This document shows positions 1 through 9,466 of a DNA stretch of 64,000 bases, piece after piece. Every line of letters starts with the position of its first letter. Position 1 is the stretch's first letter. This DNA comes from an uncultured Syntrophomonadaceae bacterium (GTDB taxonomy: Bacteria > Bacillota > Dethiobacteria > DTU022). The DNA lies in contig CAYMIW010000010.1 of the NCBI GenBank assembly GCA_964390725.1, positions 1,721 to 65,720 of the forward strand, written 5' to 3'. The notes below the pieces were generated by a model. The model saw nothing but the letters and a program-made list of their open reading frames with translations, made no database searches and had not been told where the DNA came from. The position numbers and the translations under genes are program-made.

Positions 1-90
1 CCAAATACGGGAGGCGGGGGGATTTCTCCCCCTACCCTGGCCTGCCACCATAGTGTTTCAGACACTGTAGGTGAACAGGCTCGGAGGCTT
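1..90 (-). ncRNA. Moco (molybdenum cofactor) riboswitch-like RNA motif, truncated by the window edge
   Basis: Minus strand reads CTCCGAGCCTGTTCACC-TACAGTGTCTGAAACACTAT-GGTGGCAGGCC-AGGGT-AGGGGGAGAAATCCCCCC-GCCTCCCGTATTTGG. P2 is GCCTGTTCACC/GGTGGCAGGC, a P3 hairpin is present, P4 is GGGGGA-GAAA-TCCCCC, and the 3' end matches the hallmark GCCTCCCGTAYYTGG of the Moco motif. Confidence 0.85.
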
Positions 91-106
91 ATATTATTTA
101 TTTAAT

Positions 107-115
107 ATTATATCA
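107..115 (-). promoter_or_regulatory. Extended -10 promoter (TGATATAAT) feeding the Moco leader
   Basis: Minus strand TG-A-TATAAT about 17 nt upstream of the motif; the -35 is weak. Confidence 0.5.
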
Positions 116-208
116 CAACTTGCTTTTTCGCAAAGGTGGTTCTCCGGATCATCTGTCTGCCGGTTTAGCAGCAGTTATATTTTCCTGCATTTCTCAGGGA
201 AAAGTAAG

Positions 209-745
209 TTAGTATGGAAAGAGCAGCAGGCCCATCAAAGCTCCGATCCCGATGTAATAAATAGGGCTGATTTGATAAAGCAGGCTGGCAATAAGAATTA
301 CTGCAAAGATTAATGCCGAAGGGAGATCAATAACAGCTGTCAGACCTAATGAATAAGAGGCAAGCAGAATAAGGGCAATCATCGCTGAACGCAAGCCCTT
401 TAAAATTTTTTCGGTGCCCGGTTTTTGGATCAACCTGAACAGGATTCGGGATAGCAAAAGCAGCAAAACCAGTGATGGAGTAATTACACCTAGAGATGCA
501 ACGAGTGAACCGGCAACCCCGGCCAGTTTGTAACCGATAAAAGTAGCAGCGTTGATTGAAACCGGTCCCGGTGTCATTTCTGCTATGGCAATAACATCAA
601 GAAATTCTGCAGGGCTAAGCCATTGATTAACAGTAATTACTTCTGCTTCCATCAGGGGGATCATCGCGTATCCACCACCGATGGTGAACAGACCAACTTT
701 CAGAAAAGAAAAGTAAAGCGTGAGAAGGAGTTCAATCACTGTCAT
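209..745 (-). CDS. chrA: Short-chain chromate transporter (CHR family), second subunit
   Basis: FLKVGLFTIGGGY and AEMTPGPVSINAATFIG motifs; hydrophobic. Confidence 0.85.
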   Translation of the reverse strand: MTVIELLLTLYFSFLKVGLFTIGGGYAMIPLMEAEVITVNQWLSPAEFLDVIAIAEMTPGPVSINAATFIGYKLAGVAGSLVASLGVITPSLVLLLLLSRILFRLIQKPGTEKILKGLRSAMIALILLASYSLGLTAVIDLPSALIFAVILIASLLYQISPIYYIGIGALMGLLLFPY

Positions 746-1307
746 TATTCCTCCTGCTTAATAAAAGTCCAATCAATCCCCCGCTTACCAGAATCAAAAT
801 CGGATGCAACTGGGTGATGATGGCGATAACAAGAAGAGCAATGCTTAGAATTATACTGTTTCGATCATCCAGTATATCCCGCCCCATCTTTATGGCAGCA
901 TAGGCGATCAGGGCTACCACTGCCGGACGAATGCCATAAAATGCAGCCTGGAAATAAATGTTGTCATGAATAAGGGGATAGAGCCAGGCAGCAATAATCA
1001 ACAAAATTATTACTGAAGGGGCGGTAACTCCGACAGCAGCGGCAATGCCTCCGGCAGTTCCCCGCAACCTGACCCCGATTTGAATAGCGCTGTTAAGGGC
1101 CAGCTGGCCCGGCATGCCCTGGGTGATAATTAGGATGTCTGAGAAAGTAGTTTGGCTGACCCATTTGTGTTTTTCCACGACTTCCTGCTGGATAACAGGT
1201 AGAATAGCGTAACCGCCGCCAAAAGTAAAAGCGCCCACCTTAAAAAATGTGAGCAGGATTGTCCAGATAGTCTCTTTACCGGTTTTTGATTTTTCCAATC
1301 TAGGCAA
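732..1307 (-). CDS. chrA: Short-chain chromate transporter (CHR family), first subunit
   Basis: FFKVGAFTFGGGY and QGMPGQLALN motifs; overlaps its paralog, the typical paired SCHR arrangement. Confidence 0.85.
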   Translation of the reverse strand: MPRLEKSKTGKETIWTILLTFFKVGAFTFGGGYAILPVIQQEVVEKHKWVSQTTFSDILIITQGMPGQLALNSAIQIGVRLRGTAGGIAAAVGVTAPSVIILLIIAAWLYPLIHDNIYFQAAFYGIRPAVVALIAYAAIKMGRDILDDRNSIILSIALLVIAIITQLHPILILVSGGLIGLLLSRRNNDSD

Positions 1308-1344
1308 AACTGTTTCTCTCTTTCAGAAAATATAGGGGTTATTG

Positions 1345-1839
1345 TTAGTTTTCTTCAACCATGGTTTTATTAACCTGTTCTTTTTTTGGTTCAAGGCTTT
1401 CGAAAACTCTCATCACTGCCTGGAGCGATGTGATTAATTTTTCTCTTTCTTCCGGCTGAAGATTATGGGCCAGATTATTGAAGCGAAAGGCGCGTCTTTC
1501 GAAAACCAGGCGTGAAAGCTGACGTCCGTAGGATGTCAGCGCTACCCTGACTATTCTCCGGTCATTTTCATCACCACGCCTTTTAACCAGGTTAAGATTA
1601 ACGAGGCGATTCACAAGGCGGGTAGCGGCACTCTCGGCCAGGTATATCTCGGAACTTAGTTTCCCCATGGTCAGGTCATCATGAAAGTAGAGGACCAGTA
1701 AAGCGTTAATCTGGCTCGGGGTTATTCCAAGTCCGGTCAATTCACGATTTTCTTCAGCATTGAGGTAATGCATCAGCCTGGGGAAAATAGCCTGGATGGC
1801 GGATGTAAATTTTTCAGCATCCCTGTATTCATTGCTCAT
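1345..1839 (-). CDS. MarR-family transcriptional regulator
   Basis: LTMGKLSSEIYLAESAATRLVNRLVNLNLVKR..DENDRRIVRVALT winged-helix signature. Confidence 0.9.
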   Translation of the reverse strand: MSNEYRDAEKFTSAIQAIFPRLMHYLNAEENRELTGLGITPSQINALLVLYFHDDLTMGKLSSEIYLAESAATRLVNRLVNLNLVKRRGDENDRRIVRVALTSYGRQLSRLVFERRAFRFNNLAHNLQPEEREKLITSLQAVMRVFESLEPKKEQVNKTMVEEN

Positions 1840-1881
1840 CGCTCATGCTCCTTATGGTAAAGCCTTAATTGGTGGGCAAAT

Positions 1882-1918
1882 CTAATCTTAGGTTAGGCCA
1901 TTTGTTTAAATATGTCAA
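1882..1918 (-). promoter_or_regulatory. Sigma-A promoter of marR-chr with overlapping palindrome
   Basis: TTGACA (1918-1913), 17 nt, TAACCT (1895-1890); near-palindrome CTAATCTTAGGTTAG at 1882-1896. Confidence 0.55.
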
Positions 1919-2102
1919 GGTAAAAGCCCTGCAGCGATTAAAACACAGCTATTGCAGTATAAAAGAAGCGAAACTCCCTTGCGGTTGTTGGCCTTAAAGC
2001 ATTTTGATATACTTAAAAAAGAGTTTAATAAAACAGCTGGAGCTTGAAACTGCCCGCTTTAAATGCAGATCAACCTCCGGCATGAAGGCAGGTGAGCTTA
2101 TT

Positions 2103-3422
2103 ATGCTTTCACTGATTGGTATTGCCCCCCACCCCGCAATTATTATTCCCGAAATCGGAAAAAGTGAACTGGATAAGGTAAGTAAAACTGTTACCGGGAT
2201 GAGAAAACTCGGTAAACTATTTAAGGAAGAATCGCCGGAGCTGCTGATTGTAATAACCCCTCATGGTTCTGCTTTCAGGGAAGGGCCTGCTATTCTTACC
2301 GGTAAACAACTCAAAGGTAATTTTGGACAGTTTGGGTTTCCTTCGATTCGGGTTGAATTTGAAACTGATCAGCAATTGCTGGAACTGGTAAAACAGGAGA
2401 CTGCAGATGGATTAGTTTATCCGGTCTTTATGGAAGGCAGCGGCAGTCTTGATCATGGAGCCATGGTCCCCCTCTACTATCTTAATGAAGCGGGCTGTAA
2501 GGTGCCAGGTTTACACATTACTTTTGGGTTTAACCCACCCCGTGATTTGTATCAATTCGGGCAGGCTCTCAGAAGGGCTGTAGATAAAAGAGGTCTAAAA
2601 ACTGCTGTTTTAGCCAGTGGAGACCTGTCACATCGCTTAATACCCGGAGCTCCTGCCGGTTATAACCCCCGGGGGGCAGAATATGATCGCCTTCTTGCCG
2701 AGCAGTTAGGCAGTGGTAAAGTAGAAGAAATATTAGATATTGATCCTGTTTTAATAGAAGAGGCAGGGGAGTGTGGTTATCGCTCCTTTGTGATTGCTCT
2801 GGGGACCATTGCCGGTGAAAAATTTGAAACAGATATTTTTTCTTATGAAGGCCCATTTGGAGTTGGTTATCTCGTGGCTGCTATAAAGCCCCGGGTCGAA
2901 GGGAATAATCCTGAATCAAACCCGGCAAAACTGGCCCGTGAAGTTCTTGAACAATACTTTTCCGGCGTAGAAAAGGGTTTGGAATTCTCCGGCGGGGGAC
3001 AGCTGTTCCAGGAAAAGGCCGGGGCATTTGTTTCTTTGAAAAAAAATAGCAAGCTGCGCGGTTGTATCGGCACAGTTGAACCAGTCAGAAAGAATCTTTA
3101 TGAAGAAATAAAGGCAAATGCTGTAAGCGCAGCAGTTCAGGATCCCCGGTTTTCGCCGGTCAGTGCCGACGAACTGGGGGATATTTCTATATCAGTTGAT
3201 GTTTTAAGTCCCCTGGAGAAAATATCAGGGATAAAAGAGCTCAATCCGGAAAAATACGGAGTGCTTGTGCGCAGTGGTCATCGCTCCGGCTTGCTGTTGC
3301 CCGACCTTGAGGGGATAGATACACCTGAAACCCAGGTATCTATTGCCATGCAAAAAGCCGGTATAAGTTCTGATCAACCTGTTGAGCTATATCGTTTTAC
3401 AGTAACCCGCTACCGGGAGTAA
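2103..3422 (+). CDS. amrA: LigB/MEMO-like domain fused to AMMECR1 domain (AmmeMemoRadiSam proteins B+A)
   Basis: N-terminal PHPAII, TPH, LDHGAMVPL, SGDLSH, EAGECG, YEGPFGVGY; C-terminal GAFVSLKK..LRGCIGT..AVQDPRF..GLLLP. Start set at ATG 2103 (GGTG RBS) rather than TTG 2004. Confidence 0.85.
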   Translation: MLSLIGIAPHPAIIIPEIGKSELDKVSKTVTGMRKLGKLFKEESPELLIVITPHGSAFREGPAILTGKQLKGNFGQFGFPSIRVEFETDQQLLELVKQETADGLVYPVFMEGSGSLDHGAMVPLYYLNEAGCKVPGLHITFGFNPPRDLYQFGQALRRAVDKRGLKTAVLASGDLSHRLIPGAPAGYNPRGAEYDRLLAEQLGSGKVEEILDIDPVLIEEAGECGYRSFVIALGTIAGEKFETDIFSYEGPFGVGYLVAAIKPRVEGNNPESNPAKLAREVLEQYFSGVEKGLEFSGGGQLFQEKAGAFVSLKKNSKLRGCIGTVEPVRKNLYEEIKANAVSAAVQDPRFSPVSADELGDISISVDVLSPLEKISGIKELNPEKYGVLVRSGHRSGLLLPDLEGIDTPETQVSIAMQKAGISSDQPVELYRFTVTRYRE

Positions 3423-3452
3423 AAATAGTTTACCCGAGGAGATGAGGTAGAT

Positions 3453-4454
3453 TTGCACAGGGCATTATACCAGGAACCTGCAGGAAACAAGGTGCGCTGT
3501 ATGCTGTGTCCGCAGGTTTGCCTGCTGGGTGAAGGGCAGACAGGCGATTGCGGGGTTCGGGTGGTTGAATCAGGTACGTTGTATACCATGAACTATGGTT
3601 GTCTGGCTGCTGCCAACGTGGATCCGATTGAGAAAAAACCTCTTTATCACTTTTATCCCGGCCACAGTATTCTTTCTCTCGGCACAATTGGCTGTAATTT
3701 ACACTGTTCATTCTGTCAGAACTGGGCCCTGGCCAGGGGAGATAATCACCTTTGTCGTGAAGAGATCAGCCCGGAGTCAGTTCTGGCCATGCTGGAAAGT
3801 AGAAGGGAAGATAATCAGCTGGCCGGTGTGGCTTACACTTATAATGAGCCCTTAATCTGGTACGAGTTCGTTCTCCGGACAGCAGAACTTCTTCATAAGC
3901 ATGGATACCGAAACGTTCTGGTTACAAATGGTTTTATCAATCTCGATCCGCTGATGGAAATGCTACCTTATATTGATGCAATGAATATTGATGTTAAGGG
4001 CTTTACAGATCAATTTTATCGTGAGTACTGCCGCGGAAGAAAAAAACCTGTACTCAGAACTGTTGAGAAAGCAGTTGAAAGTTGTCATGTAGAAATAACC
4101 TGCCTGCTAATACCATCTTTAAATGATAGCCCGGCAGAACAACAAGAACTGGCAAGTTGGCTGGGCAGTCTCAGCCCCGACCTGGTTTTGCATTATTCAA
4201 GGTATTTTCCCAACTACCGGATGGAGCTTCCGCCCACGCCTGAATCAACCCTGAAACGTACCCTTGAAATAGCCAGAAAGCACCTTCACTATGTATATCC
4301 AGGGAATATTGATCTTCCCGGCGGAGCAGATACTATCTGCCCGAATTGTTCCAACCTGCTAGTATCACGCTCGGGATACCGGGTCAGGATGGTGGGTCTC
4401 GATGGCAACCGCTGCAACAACTGTAACAGCGAGATAAGTATAGTAGTTTCGTAA
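3453..4454 (+). CDS. amrS: AmmeMemoRadiSam system radical SAM enzyme
   Basis: CMLCPQVC..CGVR N-terminus, DPIEKKPLYHF, GCNLHCSFCQN, TYNEP; adjacent to the amrA fusion. Confidence 0.9.
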   Translation: MHRALYQEPAGNKVRCMLCPQVCLLGEGQTGDCGVRVVESGTLYTMNYGCLAAANVDPIEKKPLYHFYPGHSILSLGTIGCNLHCSFCQNWALARGDNHLCREEISPESVLAMLESRREDNQLAGVAYTYNEPLIWYEFVLRTAELLHKHGYRNVLVTNGFINLDPLMEMLPYIDAMNIDVKGFTDQFYREYCRGRKKPVLRTVEKAVESCHVEITCLLIPSLNDSPAEQQELASWLGSLSPDLVLHYSRYFPNYRMELPPTPESTLKRTLEIARKHLHYVYPGNIDLPGGADTICPNCSNLLVSRSGYRVRMVGLDGNRCNNCNSEISIVVS

Positions 4455-4651
4455 TAAAAGTAAAGAAATCATTTATCAGCCTGCCCGGGGTTGCTTCAGT
4501 TTCGCTTCTTGGTTAAAATATTCTTTGAGTTAATATTTGTTTTTACAGCTGATTAAAGGTTTTTTAGAGTTTTTAAGCGAAGTATAGGAAAGTTTAAGTA
4601 TAATGGATACGGCCTGCCCGGGCTGAATAATAACCAGGGGTTTAAACCATA

Positions 4652-5485
4652 GTGGCTATCTGGGAAAGCATTGTTGCAGCAATTATGCAGTTGAATGTTG
4701 AATGGCGCGATATCGTTGATATTGTGATTATGTCGTATGTTTTTTATCGTTTAATCCTGATTATTCGCGGCACAAGGGCAGAACAGCTTGTTAAAGGGTT
4801 GATCATTCTTCTTTTAGCCATGGTTATCAGTGATCAGGTTGGTTTTGATGCCTTCAACTGGACCCTCCGGCAGGTAATGACCATCGGGTTAATTGCTATT
4901 CCAATTGTTTTCCAGCCAGAGCTGCGCCGGGCTCTTGAACACCTGGGCAGGGGGAAAATATTTAAAACACCATACTGGAACTGGAGTACGCAGGATTTCG
5001 AGAGTATGCTTACCGAGCTAATCAAGGCTATTCCGGTTCTCGTTAAAAAGCGGATCGGTGCGCTTATCGTTATAGAAAGAACAACCGGCCTAAAAGACTG
5101 GGTTAGTACTGGCATTCCCATAGAAGGTGTGGTCACTGCGGAACTGCTGATTAATATATTCTTTCCCCGCAGTCCCCTTCACGACGGAGCGGTGATTATG
5201 CAGGGCAACCAGGTAGTTGCGGCAGGCTGTTACCTGCCTCTTACCGAAGATCCCACATTAAGTAAAGAGCTGGGCACCAGGCACCGGGCAGCTATTGGTA
5301 TCAGCGAAAATTCCGACGCTGTTGCAATTGTAATATCTGAAGAAACGGGTATTATTTCAATTGCCCATGATGGGGTGCTGACCCGTTATCTTGATGAGAA
5401 AAAATTGCGGTCGGTTCTTCGCGAGTTGTTGTCTCCCGAGCGTAGTGAAGGATTAAGTTTTTGGTCCCGGAGGGCGAATAAGTAA
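4652..5485 (+). CDS. cdaA: Diadenylate cyclase CdaA
   Basis: Three N-terminal TM segments, PLHDGA and LGTRHRAA catalytic motifs; cdaR-glmM synteny. Confidence 0.95.
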   Translation: MAIWESIVAAIMQLNVEWRDIVDIVIMSYVFYRLILIIRGTRAEQLVKGLIILLLAMVISDQVGFDAFNWTLRQVMTIGLIAIPIVFQPELRRALEHLGRGKIFKTPYWNWSTQDFESMLTELIKAIPVLVKKRIGALIVIERTTGLKDWVSTGIPIEGVVTAELLINIFFPRSPLHDGAVIMQGNQVVAAGCYLPLTEDPTLSKELGTRHRAAIGISENSDAVAIVISEETGIISIAHDGVLTRYLDEKKLRSVLRELLSPERSEGLSFWSRRANK

Positions 5486-5487
5486 TT

Positions 5488-6183
5488 ATGGATAATTTTT
5501 TACGCAGCAACAACCTGGTTCGGATCATTTCCTTATTTCTGGCGGTAATCCTCTGGCTGTTTGTTACGGGAGATAAAATCACCCGGACAACTCCATCGCG
5601 GAAAGTATGGCAGGATGTCCCGCTGCGTGTTGAGAACTTGAACCAAAACTATGTGGTAACAGATATACCTTCTTCTATTAATGTAACGCTGGAAGGGCTT
5701 CCTGAGGCTTTTGAAGATCTGCCTGTTAATGAAATCGATGTATTTGTGGATTTATCAAATAAGGAAGCTGGCAATCACCTGGTTCGCGTCCAGGGTTCTC
5801 CCCCGCGTGGGCTTAGCCTGGTTTTGCTCGAACCGGAGCAGGTTCGGGTTTCAATCGAAGAGTATCAAAGTGAGGATTTTGAACTGGAAGTTGAGCTCGT
5901 GGGAGAACCGGCTGACGGATGGAGTCTGGCTGATTTCTCTGTAGCCCCGGAAGAGGTTTTGATTGGAGCTCCACAGTCAGTTTTTGAAAGAATTTACCGT
6001 GTTGTTCTTCTGGTTGACATAACGGGAATGCGTTTAATCGAAAGCATCGAGGTAACTCCTGTAACCTATGATGAAGAAGGGAGCAGGGTTAACGGCATGG
6101 TTATTGACCCATCGTTGATCACAGTGCGCCTGGAATTTGAAAGAGCGAGTGAGCCGGAACTTCCGGATGAGAGTGAAGAATAG
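5488..6183 (+). CDS. cdaR: CdaR/YbbR-domain regulator
   Basis: N-terminal TM (ISLFLAVILWLFV) then YbbR-like repeats; lies between cdaA and glmM. Confidence 0.85.
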   Translation: MDNFLRSNNLVRIISLFLAVILWLFVTGDKITRTTPSRKVWQDVPLRVENLNQNYVVTDIPSSINVTLEGLPEAFEDLPVNEIDVFVDLSNKEAGNHLVRVQGSPPRGLSLVLLEPEQVRVSIEEYQSEDFELEVELVGEPADGWSLADFSVAPEEVLIGAPQSVFERIYRVVLLVDITGMRLIESIEVTPVTYDEEGSRVNGMVIDPSLITVRLEFERASEPELPDESEE

Positions 6184-6202
6184 AACGTAAGGGGGATTAT
6201 AT

Positions 6203-7543
6203 TTGGGAATATTATTTGGAACCGATGGAATCAGGGGTGTGGCTAATCGTGAATTAACCCCTGAGCTTGCTTTTAAAATTGCCAGAATTACCGCCTGGCT
6301 GCTGGGTCGAAATAACGAAAACCCGGTTTTTTTGATCGGAAAAGATACACGGCTTTCCGGGTCCATGCTGGAAAGCGCGCTGACAGCCGGCATAACCTCT
6401 GTAGGTGGTGAAGTGCATCTGCTTGGGATAACCTCAACCCCGTCTGTTGCCTTCCTGACCAGGCGGCTTTCTGCTGCGGCGGGCATAGTAGTTTCCGCTT
6501 CTCATAATCCTATAGAAGATAATGGATTAAAAATATTCGACAGCAGTGGTTATAAGCTTTCCGATGATGTTGAAAATGAAATTGAAGAGATTTATTACCG
6601 GGAGTTTGATCAACTTTCGCGTCCGGAAGGAGCTCTGGTTGGACAGGCAATTAATGACTCTGATGCCGTTCAACAGTATCTCCATTATTTGCATGATTTG
6701 TCTGCCCCCCTGGCCGGCTTAAAAGTAGTAGCCGATTGTGCCCATGGGGCCGTTTGCCGTATTGCCGGTGAGCTGCTGGTTAAACTTGGCGCCGAAGTGG
6801 TAATGCTGCACGATAGTCCGGATGGCACTAAAATTAATGTTAAATGTGGTGCTACCGATACGGAGGATTTGCAGAAAGCTGTTGCTGAAAGTGAAGCAGC
6901 GCTGGGTCTGGCTTTTGATGGAGATGCCGATCGGTTGATTGCCATTGATGAAAAGGGCAGCATTGTCGATGGAGACGCCGTGATGGCAATATGTGCCTTA
7001 AATATGTTGCAAAAGGGGACATTGAAAAACAATACCCTTGTAACAACTGTAATGAGTAACGGTGGTCTCGATATTCTTGCTGAAGACAACCAGATAACCA
7101 TTATCCGTACTGCGGTGGGAGACAGGTATGTTCTTGAGAAAATGCTGGAAGGCGGATTTAATCTTGGTGGAGAACAGTCTGGTCATATTATATTTTCCGA
7201 TCATGCTACCACGGGAGATGGCCTTTTAACTGCCATTGAACTTCTGAAAATAGTCCAGGAAAAGCAACGTCCACTTTCAGAACTTGCCTCGGTTTTAGAA
7301 AGGCTTCCACAGATACTTGTTAATCAAAAAGTGGGCAATAAAGAAGGTTGGTCTGAAAATACCAGGATCAAAGAAGCAATCAGAAAAGTAGAAGCAGCAC
7401 TCGGCAGGCACGGACGTATTCTTGTCCGTCCATCGGGAACAGAACCAAAAATTCGTGTTATGATTGAAGCGCCGTTAGCGCAGGACAAACTTGAAGAGTA
7501 TGCTTATTCCCTGGCGGATGTCATTGCCAGGGAGCAGGGCTGA
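6203..7543 (+). CDS. glmM: Phosphoglucosamine mutase
   Basis: FGTDGIRG, SASHNP, DGDADR, GGEQSGH, RPSGTEP. Confidence 0.97.
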   Translation: MGILFGTDGIRGVANRELTPELAFKIARITAWLLGRNNENPVFLIGKDTRLSGSMLESALTAGITSVGGEVHLLGITSTPSVAFLTRRLSAAAGIVVSASHNPIEDNGLKIFDSSGYKLSDDVENEIEEIYYREFDQLSRPEGALVGQAINDSDAVQQYLHYLHDLSAPLAGLKVVADCAHGAVCRIAGELLVKLGAEVVMLHDSPDGTKINVKCGATDTEDLQKAVAESEAALGLAFDGDADRLIAIDEKGSIVDGDAVMAICALNMLQKGTLKNNTLVTTVMSNGGLDILAEDNQITIIRTAVGDRYVLEKMLEGGFNLGGEQSGHIIFSDHATTGDGLLTAIELLKIVQEKQRPLSELASVLERLPQILVNQKVGNKEGWSENTRIKEAIRKVEAALGRHGRILVRPSGTEPKIRVMIEAPLAQDKLEEYAYSLADVIAREQG

Positions 7544-7619
7544 GTGAATATTATTAGATAAAGGGAATATCCGGTAAAACCCTGGCTGGATTATCCGATC
7601 ATTAACTGGGGGAATTGGC

Positions 7620-9455
7620 ATGTGTGGAATCGTTGGTTATACGGGAAGGAAAAGGGCTTCCTCAATTATTATAGATGGATTGAAAAAACTTGAATACCGC
7701 GGTTACGATTCAGCCGGGTTAGCCCTGCAGCAGGATGGCCTGCTTGCAGTAACCAAGGCTGCCGGGTCGGTTGCTTCCCTTGAGTCTAAACTTGATTCTT
7801 CCAGCGAAGCAACCGTGGGGATCGGTCATACCCGCTGGGCAACTCATGGCGGGCCATCTGATGAAAATGCTCACCCTCACAGTAGCTGCGGTGGGGAAAT
7901 AGCCCTGATTCACAATGGCATCATTGAGAACTACCAGGTCCTAAAAAATGAACTCATGAAAGATAACCGCCATGTTTTTAGTTCAGAAACTGATTCTGAA
8001 ATTCTTGTTCACCTGATCGAGGAATACTACAGCGGAGATCTGCTTGCTGCTGTAAATAAAGCGTTAAAAAGGGTAACAGGTTCCTATGGCCTGGTTGTGC
8101 TTTCATCTCGTGAGCCGGGGCGAATTGTCTGTGCCCGTCGCGACAACCCCCTCATTATCGGAATTGGTGAAGGAGAAAATATTGTCGCATCCGATATCCC
8201 GGCCCTTCTCTCCCATACACGTAAAACCCTCGTTATGGAAGATGGAGAAATCGCTTCGGTAACAGCAGATCGGGTTGAGCTTTTTGACAGCAGTGGCAAT
8301 CCCCTTGAACGGGAGTATTTTAACATAACCTGGGATATTGATGCTGCTGAAAAAGGCGGGTTCGAACATTTTATGCTGAAGGAAATTATGGAACAGCCTG
8401 CAGCAGTTAAGGAGACAATGCGGCAAAGAATCAACCCGGAGACAGGTAAAGTTGTTCTCGATGAACTTGGTGTTGATGTTAATGTGCTAAAAAATTTGAA
8501 AAAATTACATATTGTGGCTTGTGGTACTGCTTATCATGCCGGGCTTCTAGGTAAAAAAGTTATCGAGAAACTGGCTGGAATACCTGTAAATGTTGATGTC
8601 GCATCTGAGTTTCGCTATGGTGAACCGCTATTTGATAAAAATGAACTGGCAATTGTAATCAGCCAATCCGGTGAAACGGCCGATACATTGGCTGCATTAC
8701 GCCTGGCGCAGCGAGAAGGAGTAAAGGTTCTGGCAATTACCAACGTTGTTGGCAGTTCTGTTTCAAGGGAAGCTGACCATGTGTTTTATACCTGGGCAGG
8801 TCCCGAAGTAGCTGTTGCCTCCACCAAGGCTTATTTGACCCAGTTGATTGCCCTTTATCTTTTTGCCTTACTTTTGGGGGAAATACGTGGCACAATTGAC
8901 CAAGATACTTACCCGAAACTGGTTTCTGCCTTAAAAAACCTGCCGCAGCAGCTGCAGCAGGTACTGGCAGCAGATAATCTAAAAAGATTAAAAGATTATT
9001 GTCGGCATCTGGCCGGCTGGGATAGCGCTTTTTTTGTCGGCCGGGGTTTTGATTACCCGGTAGCCATGGAGGGAGCTCTTAAATTAAAAGAGATCTCTTA
9101 TATCCAGGCTGAGGCCTACGCGGCCGGAGAGCTAAAGCACGGCCCACTGGCCTTGATTGTTGAGGGAGTGCCGGTGATAGCCCTTGCTACCCAGGAAGCT
9201 ATTCTGGATAAGTTAATGAATAATATCCAGGTTGTAAAAGCTCGCGGTGGTAGAGTATTTGCAATAACCCAGGAAGGTTTTGAAGGGATAGAAGCACAGG
9301 TTGATGCAGCTCTCTATTTGCCTCGCACAGAAGATATCCTTGCTCCCGTGTTAAGTGCTGTGCCTACGCAGCTTATTGCCTATTATGCAGCAGTAGACCG
9401 CGGCAGCTCGGTTGATAAACCACGGAACCTGGCAAAAAGCGTTACCGTGGAATAA
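7620..9455 (+). CDS. glmS: Glutamine-fructose-6-phosphate transaminase
   Basis: MCGIVG, LEYRGYDSAG, GHTRWATHG, SQSGETADT, KPRNLAKSVTVE. Confidence 0.98.
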   Translation: MCGIVGYTGRKRASSIIIDGLKKLEYRGYDSAGLALQQDGLLAVTKAAGSVASLESKLDSSSEATVGIGHTRWATHGGPSDENAHPHSSCGGEIALIHNGIIENYQVLKNELMKDNRHVFSSETDSEILVHLIEEYYSGDLLAAVNKALKRVTGSYGLVVLSSREPGRIVCARRDNPLIIGIGEGENIVASDIPALLSHTRKTLVMEDGEIASVTADRVELFDSSGNPLEREYFNITWDIDAAEKGGFEHFMLKEIMEQPAAVKETMRQRINPETGKVVLDELGVDVNVLKNLKKLHIVACGTAYHAGLLGKKVIEKLAGIPVNVDVASEFRYGEPLFDKNELAIVISQSGETADTLAALRLAQREGVKVLAITNVVGSSVSREADHVFYTWAGPEVAVASTKAYLTQLIALYLFALLLGEIRGTIDQDTYPKLVSALKNLPQQLQQVLAADNLKRLKDYCRHLAGWDSAFFVGRGFDYPVAMEGALKLKEISYIQAEAYAAGELKHGPLALIVEGVPVIALATQEAILDKLMNNIQVVKARGGRVFAITQEGFEGIEAQVDAALYLPRTEDILAPVLSAVPTQLIAYYAAVDRGSSVDKPRNLAKSVTVE

Positions 9456-9466
9456 GGAGATTTTTT

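Noticed and set aside
4477-4624. Repeated GCCTGCCCGG decamer in the amrS-cdaA gap
   Set aside because: Two short copies without palindrome or array structure; may be chance.
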